Shown piece after piece: positions 15,982 through 25,396 of a stretch of DNA of 64,000 bases. Numbering within the stretch: position 1 is the first letter of the stretch; each line of letters begins with the position of its first letter. The position numbers were made by a program, and so were the translations under genes. The notes under the pieces are model-generated. The model was given only the letters and a program-made list of their open reading frames with translations. It ran no database searches and had not been told where the DNA came from. This DNA is from a virus, in the IMG/VR virus record IMGVR_UViG_3300042402_001861, positions 113,365 to 177,364 of that record; one strand, written 5' to 3'.

Positions 15982-16376
15982 CAAACAACCCATTCGGATA
16001 CTCATACTACTTGGATATGTACAACTGCCGTGCAGGAGCAGCCGATGACTTGGAACTCACCTACCGATTCCTTGAGCGGGTGGTTGACCGCATCGGCATG
16101 ACTCGCATGAGTCAGCCCATTGTCATTCATGGGCCTACTCATTACGGCAAGGAACTGTATCCACAGAAGGCCGGTGTGAGCGGTTGGGTTCCGCTGATTG
16201 AAAGTGGAATTCAGATTCATTCCATGGAACCAACTCACTTCATCACTCTTGATGTTTATTCTTGCAACAAGTTCGACAAGAACATCATTCTTGAGTATGC
16301 CAAGGAGTGCTTCGATTTCACCGACTTCGAAGAAAACTTCTTTGTTCGTGGCAGGGGATACGGCAATATCGTCTGA
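15978..16376 (+). CDS. speD: S-adenosylmethionine decarboxylase proenzyme
   Basis: GVSGWVPLIE|SGIQIH...ITLDVYSC; ATGA overlap. Confidence 0.88.
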   Translation: MTNNPFGYSYYLDMYNCRAGAADDLELTYRFLERVVDRIGMTRMSQPIVIHGPTHYGKELYPQKAGVSGWVPLIESGIQIHSMEPTHFITLDVYSCNKFDKNIILEYAKECFDFTDFEENFFVRGRGYGNIV

Positions 16377-16389
16377 TGCGGGGTGAGGT

Positions 16390-17073
16390 ATGCCGTATAA
16401 AGACAAAGAAAAGGCGAAGGCTGCTGCAAAGGCAAGATACCTTGCAAACAGAGATAAGAAAATTGCACAAGCAAAAGCATGGGCAGAAGCCCATCGTGAA
16501 CAGGTAAGAGAAAATCATAGAAGATGGCAGAAAGAAAACAGGAATCGGGTTAACAGATCAAAGAGGAAATACGAATCAAAAGATCCCCAAAAATGGAAGA
16601 AGTGGAGAAATAAATGGAGAAAAGATTGGTGGAGAAACAATCCCGAACAAGCAGCGGAGTTGTGTAGAAGAAAGAAATATCGGAAAACCCAAAGTTTAGT
16701 GCCACTTACAGTTAAAGAAATACAAGCAGTTCTTTTACTAGAGCGAACACGAAAGCAACTTCAAAAAAAGACAGGGCAAACCTACCACATAGATCACATT
16801 CTGCCGATTATTCACGGCGGCATTCATCACCCCGTCAATTTGAGAATACTTCATGCGAGTTACAATTGTTCAAAACGACATAAACTTCTTCCCGAAGCGA
16901 TTGATCTTGCACATGAACACTATAAGTTGTACTATGAGCGGATCGGTACTGAAAGAGCAGAGGAGTTCGTGAAGCAACTCGCAAAAGCCATTGGGCTGAA
17001 CGAGATAGACCCGAAGAGAGGCGTTTTGTCTTCCCTTCCAAAAAGAGTAACACTAGAGGATTTAATGGAATGA
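16390..17073 (+). mobile_element. free-standing HNH homing endonuclease
   Basis: YHIDHILPIIHGGIHHPVNLRILHASYNCSK; basic K/R/W-rich N-terminus; A-rich composition. Confidence 0.85.
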
Positions 17074-17285
17074 ACACGCATCGGATCATCCAAGGTGACT
17101 GCATCAAGGGCATGGCAACATTGCCCGAAGGATGCATTAATACTTGCATCACATCTCCTCCCTATTTTGGCCTGCGTTCATATTTGCCCGATGGTGTAAA
17201 ACTCCGAGAGGATTTGACACCCGAACAGGTGGAGTATGTGTTAACTGAATTAAAAAATAGAGGTATTGACCATATTTCGGAGTGA
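17070..17285 (+). CDS. N4-C/N6-A DNA methyltransferase, N-terminal fragment (SPPY motif)
   Basis: IIQGDCIKGMATLPEGCINTCITSPPYFGLRSY. Confidence 0.8.
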   Translation: MNTHRIIQGDCIKGMATLPEGCINTCITSPPYFGLRSYLPDGVKLREDLTPEQVEYVLTELKNRGIDHISE

Positions 17286-17313
17286 TCTTCCATATATAGT
17301 ATGGAGAAACTAT

Positions 17314-17880
17314 ATGGGTCAAAAAAGAAAACCTGATGGAACATTTGAGAAAAACAGCCATTGGAGAACCCCCAATAAACTGTGGGACAAACAATGGCTT
17401 GAAGAACAATATTTGTCAAAGCAGCGATCCATGCAAGACATAGCATCCGAAATGGGTGTATCAGAACCTGCTGTTCGTCATTGGATCAAAAAGCATCAAA
17501 TACCATCACGAAAAATATCCGAAGCAAGAGCAATCAAATATTGGGGTTCGTTTGGAGCGGACAATCCAATGTGGAACCGTAAAGGTGAACTAAATCCGAA
17601 CTGGAAAGGTGGGGTAACACCAGAAAGACAGGCATTCTATACGAGCAAGGAATGGAAGACTGCCTGTAGAACTGTTTGGAATCGTGATGGTGCGTGTTGT
17701 AGAAGATGTGGATTGCATAAATGCGAAGCAGAAGATGTTCCTTTTCACATCCACCACATAAGACCATTTAGTGAATCGATTGAGTTAAGAACAGATGTCA
17801 ACAATCTTGCTTTGGTTTGTGAAATATGTCACCATTGGATACACTCAAAACAAAACACACAGAAAGAGTTTTTGGTATGA
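17314..17880 (+). mobile_element. HNH homing endonuclease inserted within the methyltransferase gene
   Basis: HTH-like MQDIASEMGVSEPAVRHW; NPNWKGG; CRRC..HIHHIRPF...NNLALVCEICHHWIH; own RBS GGAG; AT-rich. Confidence 0.88.
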
Positions 17881-18770
17881 TCTATAAGAAGTCTGACATC
17901 CCCGATGATCTCATGAAGTTTTTTGAACCCGCCGAGATAGGGCAGGAGGACACCGTTGAGGGATATGTAAAGAAAATGGTTGAAGTCTTCCGTGGGGTTC
18001 GTCGCATTCTTCGTGATGATGGAACTTTGTGGCTCAATTTGGGGGACTCTTACATGTCGGCTACTTGCGTTCCTCCTCCACAGACGGTGGCAAATGGCAA
18101 CAATCGTGGGATGCCAACCGACTCCATCCCTGCCAATCGACAGAAGCAGAACGGTCTGAAGCAGAAGGACTTGATCGGCATTCCTTGGCGGGTGGCACTT
18201 GCTCTTCAGGCGGATGGTTGGTATCTCCGTCAGGACATTATCTGGCACAAGCCAAACCCGATGCCCGAAAGCGTGGAAGACCGTTGCACCAAGGCACACG
18301 AATATATCTTCTTGCTGTCCAAGAAGCCAAAGTATTATTATGACCACAATGCAATCAAGGAACCACACAAGTGGAGTCATGTTGGGGAAATGCGTAAAGG
18401 CAAGGAAAGTAAAAATGGAGGAAGCATCGAAGAACCCATAAAGGGCAGAGGAAACACCACCGGCAGTTTCAGAGCCTTTGGGGAAGGCGGCAAGAACAAG
18501 CGTTCTGTTTGGACTGTCACCACCAAGCCTTTCCGTGGGGCACATTTTGCAACTTTCCCAAAAGAACTTATCGAACCTTGTGTCTTGGCAGGATGCCCCA
18601 AGGGAGGAACGGTATTCGATCCCTTCACGGGCAGCGGCACAACGGCGGTAGTTGCATTGAACAACGAAAGGAACTATATTGGTACGGAACTGAATCCCGA
18701 CTACATCGCCCTTGCAGAGGGCCGCATTCGGGATGAGGTGACTGCCAGCCTTTCGGAGTTCCTTGCTTGA
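17877..18770 (+). CDS. DNA methyltransferase, C-terminal fragment (SAM-binding)
   Basis: EIGQEDT...RILRDDGTLWLNLGDSY...WYLRQDIIWHKPNPMPES...HFATFP...VFDPFTGSGTT; ATGA overlap with the HNH. Confidence 0.9.
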   Translation: MIYKKSDIPDDLMKFFEPAEIGQEDTVEGYVKKMVEVFRGVRRILRDDGTLWLNLGDSYMSATCVPPPQTVANGNNRGMPTDSIPANRQKQNGLKQKDLIGIPWRVALALQADGWYLRQDIIWHKPNPMPESVEDRCTKAHEYIFLLSKKPKYYYDHNAIKEPHKWSHVGEMRKGKESKNGGSIEEPIKGRGNTTGSFRAFGEGGKNKRSVWTVTTKPFRGAHFATFPKELIEPCVLAGCPKGGTVFDPFTGSGTTAVVALNNERNYIGTELNPDYIALAEGRIRDEVTASLSEFLA

Positions 18771-21316
18771 AGCCCTTCTATACGAACATCTCTATTCGTG
18801 GCAACAGCATCCTTCACCGTGGCTATGATGCCAACGGCAAGCGGGTGCATGAGAAGGTTTCCTACAGCCCGACCCTATTCGTCCCGAGCAAGGGAGGAAA
18901 TCCCGAGTGGCATACTCTTGATGGCCGTGGGGTGGAGCCGTTCAAGCCGGGAGACATCAAGGATTGCCGCGAGTTCGTGGAAGAATACCGAGATGTCGGT
19001 GGGTTCGAAATCTTCGGCAACACCGAGTACATCTACCAATACATCGGTGACACCTTTGAGGGCGAGGTTGAGTATGATCCTTCTCTCCTACGCATTGGAT
19101 TCATCGACATCGAAACGGAGTCCGAGGAAGGATTTCCGCAGATCAATACCGCCAACGAGCGGGTGAATGCAATCACCCTGAAGTTCAGGGACAAGACATT
19201 CGTGTTTGGTCTTGGACAGTTCTCTATCCCTGACGAGAATGTCAAGTGCTTTCAGTACGACGATGAGGGACGGATGCTGCGGGAGTTTCTTGCGGCATGG
19301 GAGTCCCTTGATCTTGACATCATCACGGGGTGGAATGTCAACTTCTTCGACATTCCTTATCTTGTCAATCGCATCACTCGCCTGTTTGGCGAGAAGGAAG
19401 CCATGCGGCTGTCGCCGTGGCGGGTCATCAAGAGCCGAATCGTTGAGGTCATGGAGCGAGAGAACGAGGTGTATGATCTGATCGGCATGTCGATCCTTGA
19501 CTACTTCGACCTGTATCGCAAGTTCACCTATGTCACACGGGAGTCCTACAAACTAGACCACATCGCATGGGTTGAATTGTCCGACCGAAAGATCGCCTAC
19601 GATGGATCGTTGGCAGACTTCTACCGCAATGACTTTCAGCGGTTCATTGAGTACAACATCCACGACACCAATCTCGTTGACCGTCTTGAGCAGAAGTTGA
19701 AGTTGATGGAACTTGCCCTTGCGCTTGCTTACAGCGCAAAGGTGAACCTGAACGATGTCTTCTCCCAAGTCCGCACATGGGACGCAATCATCTACCACGA
19801 ACTCTGCAAGCGAAAGATCGCCATCCCCATGAAGCGGGGAGGGATCGAAAAGGAGGACAAGTTCGAAGGTGCATATGTCAAGGAGCCCATCGTCGGGGAG
19901 CATCAATGGGTGGCATCCTTCGACTTGGATTCCCTGTACCCACACCTGATGATGCAGTACAACCTCAGCCCCGAGACAAAGACCAATCATGGCAAGCGTA
20001 ATGCTTTTCCCGTGGATCAGTTCCTGTCTGGCCCGTGGCAGGAGGATTCGGACATAGCCAAGCAGATGGCCAAGTGGCAGGACAATGACTTGTCGGTTGC
20101 CGCCAATTGCATCACCTTCCGCCGCGATGTGCAGGGCATGTTGCCTTACCTCATGGAAGTGATGTATGAGGAACGCAAGATGTACAAGGGCAAGTTGCTT
20201 GATGCCAAGCGCAGGCTCAAGACCTTGGGCGATGATGCGGATCCAGAGGAAGTCAAGAAAGTCAAGAACGACATCTCCAAGTTTCACAACTTCCAACTTG
20301 TGCGTAAGATTCAGTTGAACTCGGCATTCGGTGCCTGCGGTAACGAGTACTTCCGCTATTACGATCAGGACATTGCGGAAGCCATCACGCTGTCGGGTCA
20401 GTTGTCCATCCGTTGGATCGAACGCCATCTCAATGACTTCCTGAACAAGAGCCTGAAGACCAAGAAGACCGAAGACTTCATCATTGCCGCAGACACGGAC
20501 TCCGTTTATCTGCGGTTGGGAAAGTTGGTCGAACAGGTAATGCCGCAGGAAACAGACAAGCAGAAGATCACCAAGTTCCTTGACAAGTTCTGCAACGATG
20601 TATTGCAGCCCTTCATCAACAAGAAGTATGAAGACCTCGCCAAGCAGCAGAATGCCTACGGTCAGAAGATGCACATGAAGCGGGAGGCGATTGCATCCAA
20701 GGGCATATGGACGGCAAAGAAGCGGTACATGCTCAATGTCTTCATGGGAGAGGAGAATGTTCTGCTTGGCACTCCCGACCTGAAGATCATGGGTATCGAA
20801 ACTTCGCGGTCATCGACCCCACAGATTGTTCGTGATGCCTTGAAGGAATCGATTCGGATCATCATGAACGGCACCGAGGAGCAGTTGATAGCCTTCGTCG
20901 CGGACTTCCATGATCGCTTCCGCAAGTCCCCGATCCACGAAATTGCCTTCCCCCGTTCCTGCAAGAAGATGTCCGAATACAGAGACTCTTCCTCCATCTA
21001 CCGCAAGTCAACTCCCATCGCGGTCAAGGGCTCGCTCGTATACAATCATTGGTTGAAGGAGAAGGGATTGTCGAAGAAGTATCCTCTCATCAGCGAGGGC
21101 GAGAAGATCAAGTTCGTGTACCTGAAGATTCCCAATACGATTCGTGAACATGTGATCTCGTTTTCTTCGGCGTTTCCAAGCGAGTTGGGCTTGGATAAAT
21201 ACATTGACTATGATACGCAGTTCGAAAAGTCCTTTCAGGAACCCCTGCGGACAATCATCAACTGCATCGGATGGAAGATGGAGAAGACAAGTTCATTGGA
21301 AGACCTGTTCGCATGA
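18767..21316 (+). CDS. gp43: family B DNA polymerase
   Basis: TTG start; DIETE exonuclease motif; SFDLDSLYP; KIQLNSAFG; ADTDS; KKRY. Confidence 0.97.
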   Translation: MKPFYTNISIRGNSILHRGYDANGKRVHEKVSYSPTLFVPSKGGNPEWHTLDGRGVEPFKPGDIKDCREFVEEYRDVGGFEIFGNTEYIYQYIGDTFEGEVEYDPSLLRIGFIDIETESEEGFPQINTANERVNAITLKFRDKTFVFGLGQFSIPDENVKCFQYDDEGRMLREFLAAWESLDLDIITGWNVNFFDIPYLVNRITRLFGEKEAMRLSPWRVIKSRIVEVMERENEVYDLIGMSILDYFDLYRKFTYVTRESYKLDHIAWVELSDRKIAYDGSLADFYRNDFQRFIEYNIHDTNLVDRLEQKLKLMELALALAYSAKVNLNDVFSQVRTWDAIIYHELCKRKIAIPMKRGGIEKEDKFEGAYVKEPIVGEHQWVASFDLDSLYPHLMMQYNLSPETKTNHGKRNAFPVDQFLSGPWQEDSDIAKQMAKWQDNDLSVAANCITFRRDVQGMLPYLMEVMYEERKMYKGKLLDAKRRLKTLGDDADPEEVKKVKNDISKFHNFQLVRKIQLNSAFGACGNEYFRYYDQDIAEAITLSGQLSIRWIERHLNDFLNKSLKTKKTEDFIIAADTDSVYLRLGKLVEQVMPQETDKQKITKFLDKFCNDVLQPFINKKYEDLAKQQNAYGQKMHMKREAIASKGIWTAKKRYMLNVFMGEENVLLGTPDLKIMGIETSRSSTPQIVRDALKESIRIIMNGTEEQLIAFVADFHDRFRKSPIHEIAFPRSCKKMSEYRDSSSIYRKSTPIAVKGSLVYNHWLKEKGLSKKYPLISEGEKIKFVYLKIPNTIREHVISFSSAFPSELGLDKYIDYDTQFEKSFQEPLRTIINCIGWKMEKTSSLEDLFA

Positions 21317-22065
21317 TCGACTCATTTCTGCGCCATAATGCCAAGGCTTATCTGTCGGAGTTCGCAAAGCGACTCCCAAGCGGCTATGCACACACATACG
21401 CAGGATCGGTCAGCATCTTCCACCCCGAGAATCCGAATCCCAATCTTCCATCCATGCTTGTGGCAACCGGTTGGCACGGTGATGAGGAAGCGGCTACCCT
21501 AGGTTTGATGGATTTTGTTGGTTACGATGATTCCAAGTTCTTCGCTAAGAACATCAACATTTCCTACATGCCTTTGGTTTCCGTGGAGGGAAACATGATG
21601 GGAATGCGGAACAACATCCGTAGCCAAGACCCCAACTATGCCGAACCCGAGAACCGCAAGTTGATACAGAGCGTAATTGAGCCATCCTCCGAGGCCCAAG
21701 GTCTATTTGATAATTTGGATCTTGTCCTGCGTCTTGCTAGGAATGGCTATTACACTATGCACGAAGACATGAGGAATCGCTATGGTGGTGCATACATCTA
21801 CTATGCCGGGGATGATGATGCCCTGCCTTTCACGCTTGTGAACGAATTGGAGCAATGGATGGAGGTCAGCGACAGCAACACGATCATCGAAACCCACAAG
21901 AAGGGGTCTTTTGAAAGTTTCATGCACGATCAGGGGGTTCCTGAAGTGGTCTGCACGGAAACAATTGCCTGTCAGCAATGCAATGTTCCCGAACGAGTCC
22001 GTCGAATTGCCCATGTCAACTGTCTGCGAATTTACTGCGAACACATCGTTGCACTTGGCACATGA
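21313..22065 (+). CDS. M14 zinc carboxypeptidase / succinylglutamate desuccinylase-aspartoacylase-like protein
   Basis: ATGWHGDEE (HxxE), MRNN..QDPN, TMHED, CTET; ATGA overlap with gp43; GATAAATA at 21194-21201. Confidence 0.7.
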   Translation: MIDSFLRHNAKAYLSEFAKRLPSGYAHTYAGSVSIFHPENPNPNLPSMLVATGWHGDEEAATLGLMDFVGYDDSKFFAKNINISYMPLVSVEGNMMGMRNNIRSQDPNYAEPENRKLIQSVIEPSSEAQGLFDNLDLVLRLARNGYYTMHEDMRNRYGGAYIYYAGDDDALPFTLVNELEQWMEVSDSNTIIETHKKGSFESFMHDQGVPEVVCTETIACQQCNVPERVRRIAHVNCLRIYCEHIVALGT

Positions 22066-22076
22066 TGTGATATAAT
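22049..22076 (+). promoter_or_regulatory. sigma70-like promoter TTGCAC-16-TATAAT
   Basis: Extended -10 TG; upstream of uvsX. Confidence 0.55.
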
Positions 22077-22099
22077 CACTCAACAATGAGGTCTACACT

Positions 22100-23152
22100 A
22101 TGAGCAACTTTCTGAAGAGCATTCTCAAGGATTCTGGCAACGAACACGCATCTCTGGCAGTCGATGGATTGGAGTCCGATGTATCGGGCTTCGTTGATAC
22201 CGGCTCCTATTCATTCAATGCCCTGCTGTCAGGGACGATCTACGGCGGTATGCCCGACAACAAGATCCTCGGCATCGCTGGCGAGTCGGCAACGGGTAAG
22301 ACATACTTTGCCTTGGGCATTGCCCGCAAGTTCCTAGAGGAAAAGAAGGACGGGGCAATCCTGTACTTTGACACGGAGCAGGCCGTGACAAGCGACATGA
22401 TCAACGACCGTGGGCTTGATCCCAAGCGGGTTGCCGTTTTCCCTGTTGCAACGGTTGAGCAGTTCCGCCACCAGATGTTGCAGATTCTTGACAGTTACGG
22501 CAAGATGAAGGAAGAGGATCGCAAGCCGATCCTGGTTGTACTTGACTCTCTCGGGATGCTTTCCACCAGCAAGGAAATGAACGACGGTCTTGAAGGCAAG
22601 GAAGTCCGCGACATGACCCGTTCGCAGATTATCAAGTCGGTCTTCCGTACCGTGACCCTGAAGTTGGGCAAGTACAACATTCCCCTGATCGTCACCAACC
22701 ACACCTACGATGTGATTGGTGCCTATGTCCCAACCAAGGAGATGGGCGGCGGCACGGGACTCAAGTACGCAGCCTCCACCATCGTGTACCTTTCCAAGAA
22801 GAAGGAGAAGGTGGACAACGAGGTGATCGGCAACATCATCCATTGCAAGTTGTACAAGGGTCGCCTTACCCGCGAGAACAAGATGATCGATACCCTGTTG
22901 ACCTTCGACAAGGGCTTGGACAAGTACTATGGACTCGTCCCGCTTGCCATCAAGCACGGGGTCTTCAAGAAGAGTTCGACCAAGATCGAACTGCCCGATG
23001 GCAAGTCCGTCTTTGAGTCACAGATCAACAAGAACCCGGAAAAGTATTACACCGAGGAAATCCTAAAGGCCATCGATGCCGCAGCCTCCAAGGAATTCAA
23101 GTATGGCATGGAAGAGGTGGAAGCCGATGGAGCGGAAAAGACTGCTGATTAA
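22100..23152 (+). CDS. uvsX: RecA-like recombinase UvsX
   Basis: DTGSYSFNALLSG, GESATGKT, VLDSLGML, TNHTY, MGGGTGLKYAAS. Confidence 0.96.
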   Translation: MSNFLKSILKDSGNEHASLAVDGLESDVSGFVDTGSYSFNALLSGTIYGGMPDNKILGIAGESATGKTYFALGIARKFLEEKKDGAILYFDTEQAVTSDMINDRGLDPKRVAVFPVATVEQFRHQMLQILDSYGKMKEEDRKPILVVLDSLGMLSTSKEMNDGLEGKEVRDMTRSQIIKSVFRTVTLKLGKYNIPLIVTNHTYDVIGAYVPTKEMGGGTGLKYAASTIVYLSKKKEKVDNEVIGNIIHCKLYKGRLTRENKMIDTLLTFDKGLDKYYGLVPLAIKHGVFKKSSTKIELPDGKSVFESQINKNPEKYYTEEILKAIDAAASKEFKYGMEEVEADGAEKTAD

Positions 23153-23801
23153 GTTCCCTTCCCGGTCAAGGCCGGGTCGGTTCATGGAGACATTCGGGCT
23201 GTACAAGAACATGCTTTCGGGTATGCACGATGTCACATTCGTCTTGTCATTTGACAAGGATGACATCACCATGAACAACAAGGGGATGCACAGTTGGCTT
23301 GAGAGGCAAGGAGAGAATGTCAAGTGGTTCTATGGGGAATCCAATTCCAAGATTTCCGCAGTCAATGCTGATCTTGATCGTGGATGGGATTACGATGTTC
23401 TTCTCCTTGCCTCTGATGACATGATTCCCGTCAAGGCAGGATACGATGACATCATCATGAAGGACATGGTTCTATGTTATCCTGACTTTGATGGAGTGCT
23501 GCACTACAACGATGGGCGGCGAGGAGAAAGCCTCAACACCCTGTGCATCCTCGGCAAGAAGTACTATGATCGCTTCGGGTACATTTACCATCCTTCCTAC
23601 AAGAGTGTCTACTGCGACAACGAATTCACGGATGTCAGCAGAATCCTCCACAAGGTGACCTATATCGACAACACTATCATCAAGCACTATTGGATTGACA
23701 TTGGTGTCGATGCCTTGTACATGAGGAACGAGAATCCTGCGTTCTATTCCGTCGATGGGGAGAACTACAAGAACCGAAGAGACAAGAACTTCGGGCTTTG
23801 A
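23127..23801 (+). CDS. GT-A fold glycosyltransferase (type A, copy 1)
   Basis: LLIKFPSRSRP...SKISAVN...LLLASDDMIP...YIYHPSYKSVYCDNE. Confidence 0.8.
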   Translation: MERKRLLIKFPSRSRPGRFMETFGLYKNMLSGMHDVTFVLSFDKDDITMNNKGMHSWLERQGENVKWFYGESNSKISAVNADLDRGWDYDVLLLASDDMIPVKAGYDDIIMKDMVLCYPDFDGVLHYNDGRRGESLNTLCILGKKYYDRFGYIYHPSYKSVYCDNEFTDVSRILHKVTYIDNTIIKHYWIDIGVDALYMRNENPAFYSVDGENYKNRRDKNFGL

Positions 23802-24794
23802 GTGGATAAGGTAGCAGTCATCACCGGAGTGAATGGGCAGGATGGTTCCTATCTTGCCGAATTCTTGCTTGGCAAGGGCTATCGTGTGGTCGGACTGCGC
23901 CGTTCTCCGTCCTCAAGCACCCACAGGATCGAATCCATCCTGAGCAATCCGAACTTTGAGTTGGAGATATGCGATGTCAGCGATGTGTCTCGTACCAACC
24001 ACATAGTGAAGACATATCTGCCCGATGAGATATACAACCTTGCAGCGCAGTCCCATGTGGGGATTTCCTTCCAGATGCCCGAACATACGGCGGAAACGAT
24101 ATGCCAAGGCACGATGAACTTGCTCAATGTCATCAAGTCGGTGTCGCCCAAGACAAAGTTTTACCAAGCATCCTCCTCTGAGATGTTCGGCATCAGCAAG
24201 GGATCGGGACCGAATGGATTCAACGAGAACAGCCCATTCAAGCCCGTTTCCCCGTATGCATTGTCCAAGGTCTACGCACACTATTGCGCTCAGATGTATC
24301 GATCTGCCTACGGACTCTATGCCTCAAGCGGCATCCTGTTCAACCATGAGAGCCCACGCCGTGGAGAGACATTCGTGACTCGCAAGATCACGATTGGAGC
24401 AGCAAGGATACGGGAGGGATTGCAGGACAACCTTGTGTTGGGAAACATCGATGTCAAGCGTGATTGGGGCTTTGCGGGGGATTATGTCGAAGCCATGTGG
24501 CTGATGATGCAGCAGACGGAAGCGGATGATTTCGTGATATCCACGGGGAAGGAACACACAGTCAGAGAATTCCTTCAAGTGGTATTCGATCATGCGGGAC
24601 TTGGTTCGTATGAGGATTATGTGGTGGTCGATCCGAAGTTGTTTCGACCAAACGAGATACCATCCCTTGTTGGGGATTCGTCAAAGGCACATTCCATCCT
24701 TGGGTGGAAACCAGAGGTTGACTTTGCAACCTTGGCGAAAATGATGTATGATTACGACCTTTCAAAGGTGAGGAAAGACCATGCCAACAGATAG
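23802..24794 (+). CDS. gmd: GDP-mannose 4,6-dehydratase
   Basis: GVNGQDGSYL, YNLAAQSHV, QASSSEMFG, SPYALSK, FNHESPRRGETFVTRKI, RDWG. Confidence 0.96.
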   Translation: MDKVAVITGVNGQDGSYLAEFLLGKGYRVVGLRRSPSSSTHRIESILSNPNFELEICDVSDVSRTNHIVKTYLPDEIYNLAAQSHVGISFQMPEHTAETICQGTMNLLNVIKSVSPKTKFYQASSSEMFGISKGSGPNGFNENSPFKPVSPYALSKVYAHYCAQMYRSAYGLYASSGILFNHESPRRGETFVTRKITIGAARIREGLQDNLVLGNIDVKRDWGFAGDYVEAMWLMMQQTEADDFVISTGKEHTVREFLQVVFDHAGLGSYEDYVVVDPKLFRPNEIPSLVGDSSKAHSILGWKPEVDFATLAKMMYDYDLSKVRKDHANR

Positions 24795-25386
24795 AAACAA
24801 TGTCCTGTTCACCGTGATGATCCTGTCGATTCCGAGCAGGATCGAAAAGTACTATCTTCCATTGCAGGAAAAGTTGGAGAAGCAAATCACGGATGGCAGC
24901 GTGGAGGTTCTTACGCTCATCGATAATAAGTGCATGACCATCGGAGAGAAGCGGCAGGCTCTTCTTGGGGCTGCACGGGGCAAGTGGATGGGGTTTCTTG
25001 ACGATGATGACATGGTTTCCAATGATTATGTCTCGTCCCTCACCGAGGCGATGCAAAAAACGCCTGCGGATGTGATCACCTTTGACCAACATTGCTCCGT
25101 GAATGGCGAGGAATTCATGGTGAACTTCAAAGTTGGCAACCCGCATGAGCCGTGGGTGCCGGGATCGGGCATGAGGACGATTCGTCGGCCTCCATACCAC
25201 ATGTGCTTCTGGCGCTCCAAAATCACAAAGAACATTCCGTTTCGCCCATCGTCATATGGCGAGGACTTGGATTGGGTCATGCGGATGCTTCCGTATGTGA
25301 CTTCCGAAACCCACATAGATAAAGTGCTGCATCACTACCGATACAGCGACAGTACATCTGAATCCATACAGTATGCAGGAAGGTGA
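24781..25386 (+). CDS. GT2-like glycosyltransferase (type B, copy 1)
   Basis: ILSIPSR...IGEKRQALL..A.GKWMGFLDDDD...GEDLDW. Confidence 0.82.
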   Translation: MPTDRNNVLFTVMILSIPSRIEKYYLPLQEKLEKQITDGSVEVLTLIDNKCMTIGEKRQALLGAARGKWMGFLDDDDMVSNDYVSSLTEAMQKTPADVITFDQHCSVNGEEFMVNFKVGNPHEPWVPGSGMRTIRRPPYHMCFWRSKITKNIPFRPSSYGEDLDWVMRMLPYVTSETHIDKVLHHYRYSDSTSESIQYAGR

Positions 25387-25396
25387 AATCTAGATC

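Noticed and set aside
17193-17935. Group I intron or intein in the methyltransferase
   Set aside because: The HNH is out of frame (no intein), the flanks read as coding extensions with RBS/ATGA coupling, and no P7-type core was recognised; not formally excluded without RT-PCR
19553-20674. Long minus-strand ORFs opposite gp43 (also opposite gp44, uvsX, gp61 and others)
   Set aside because: Antisense shadows of well-conserved genes with biased codon usage; no RBS, promoter or recognisable motifs
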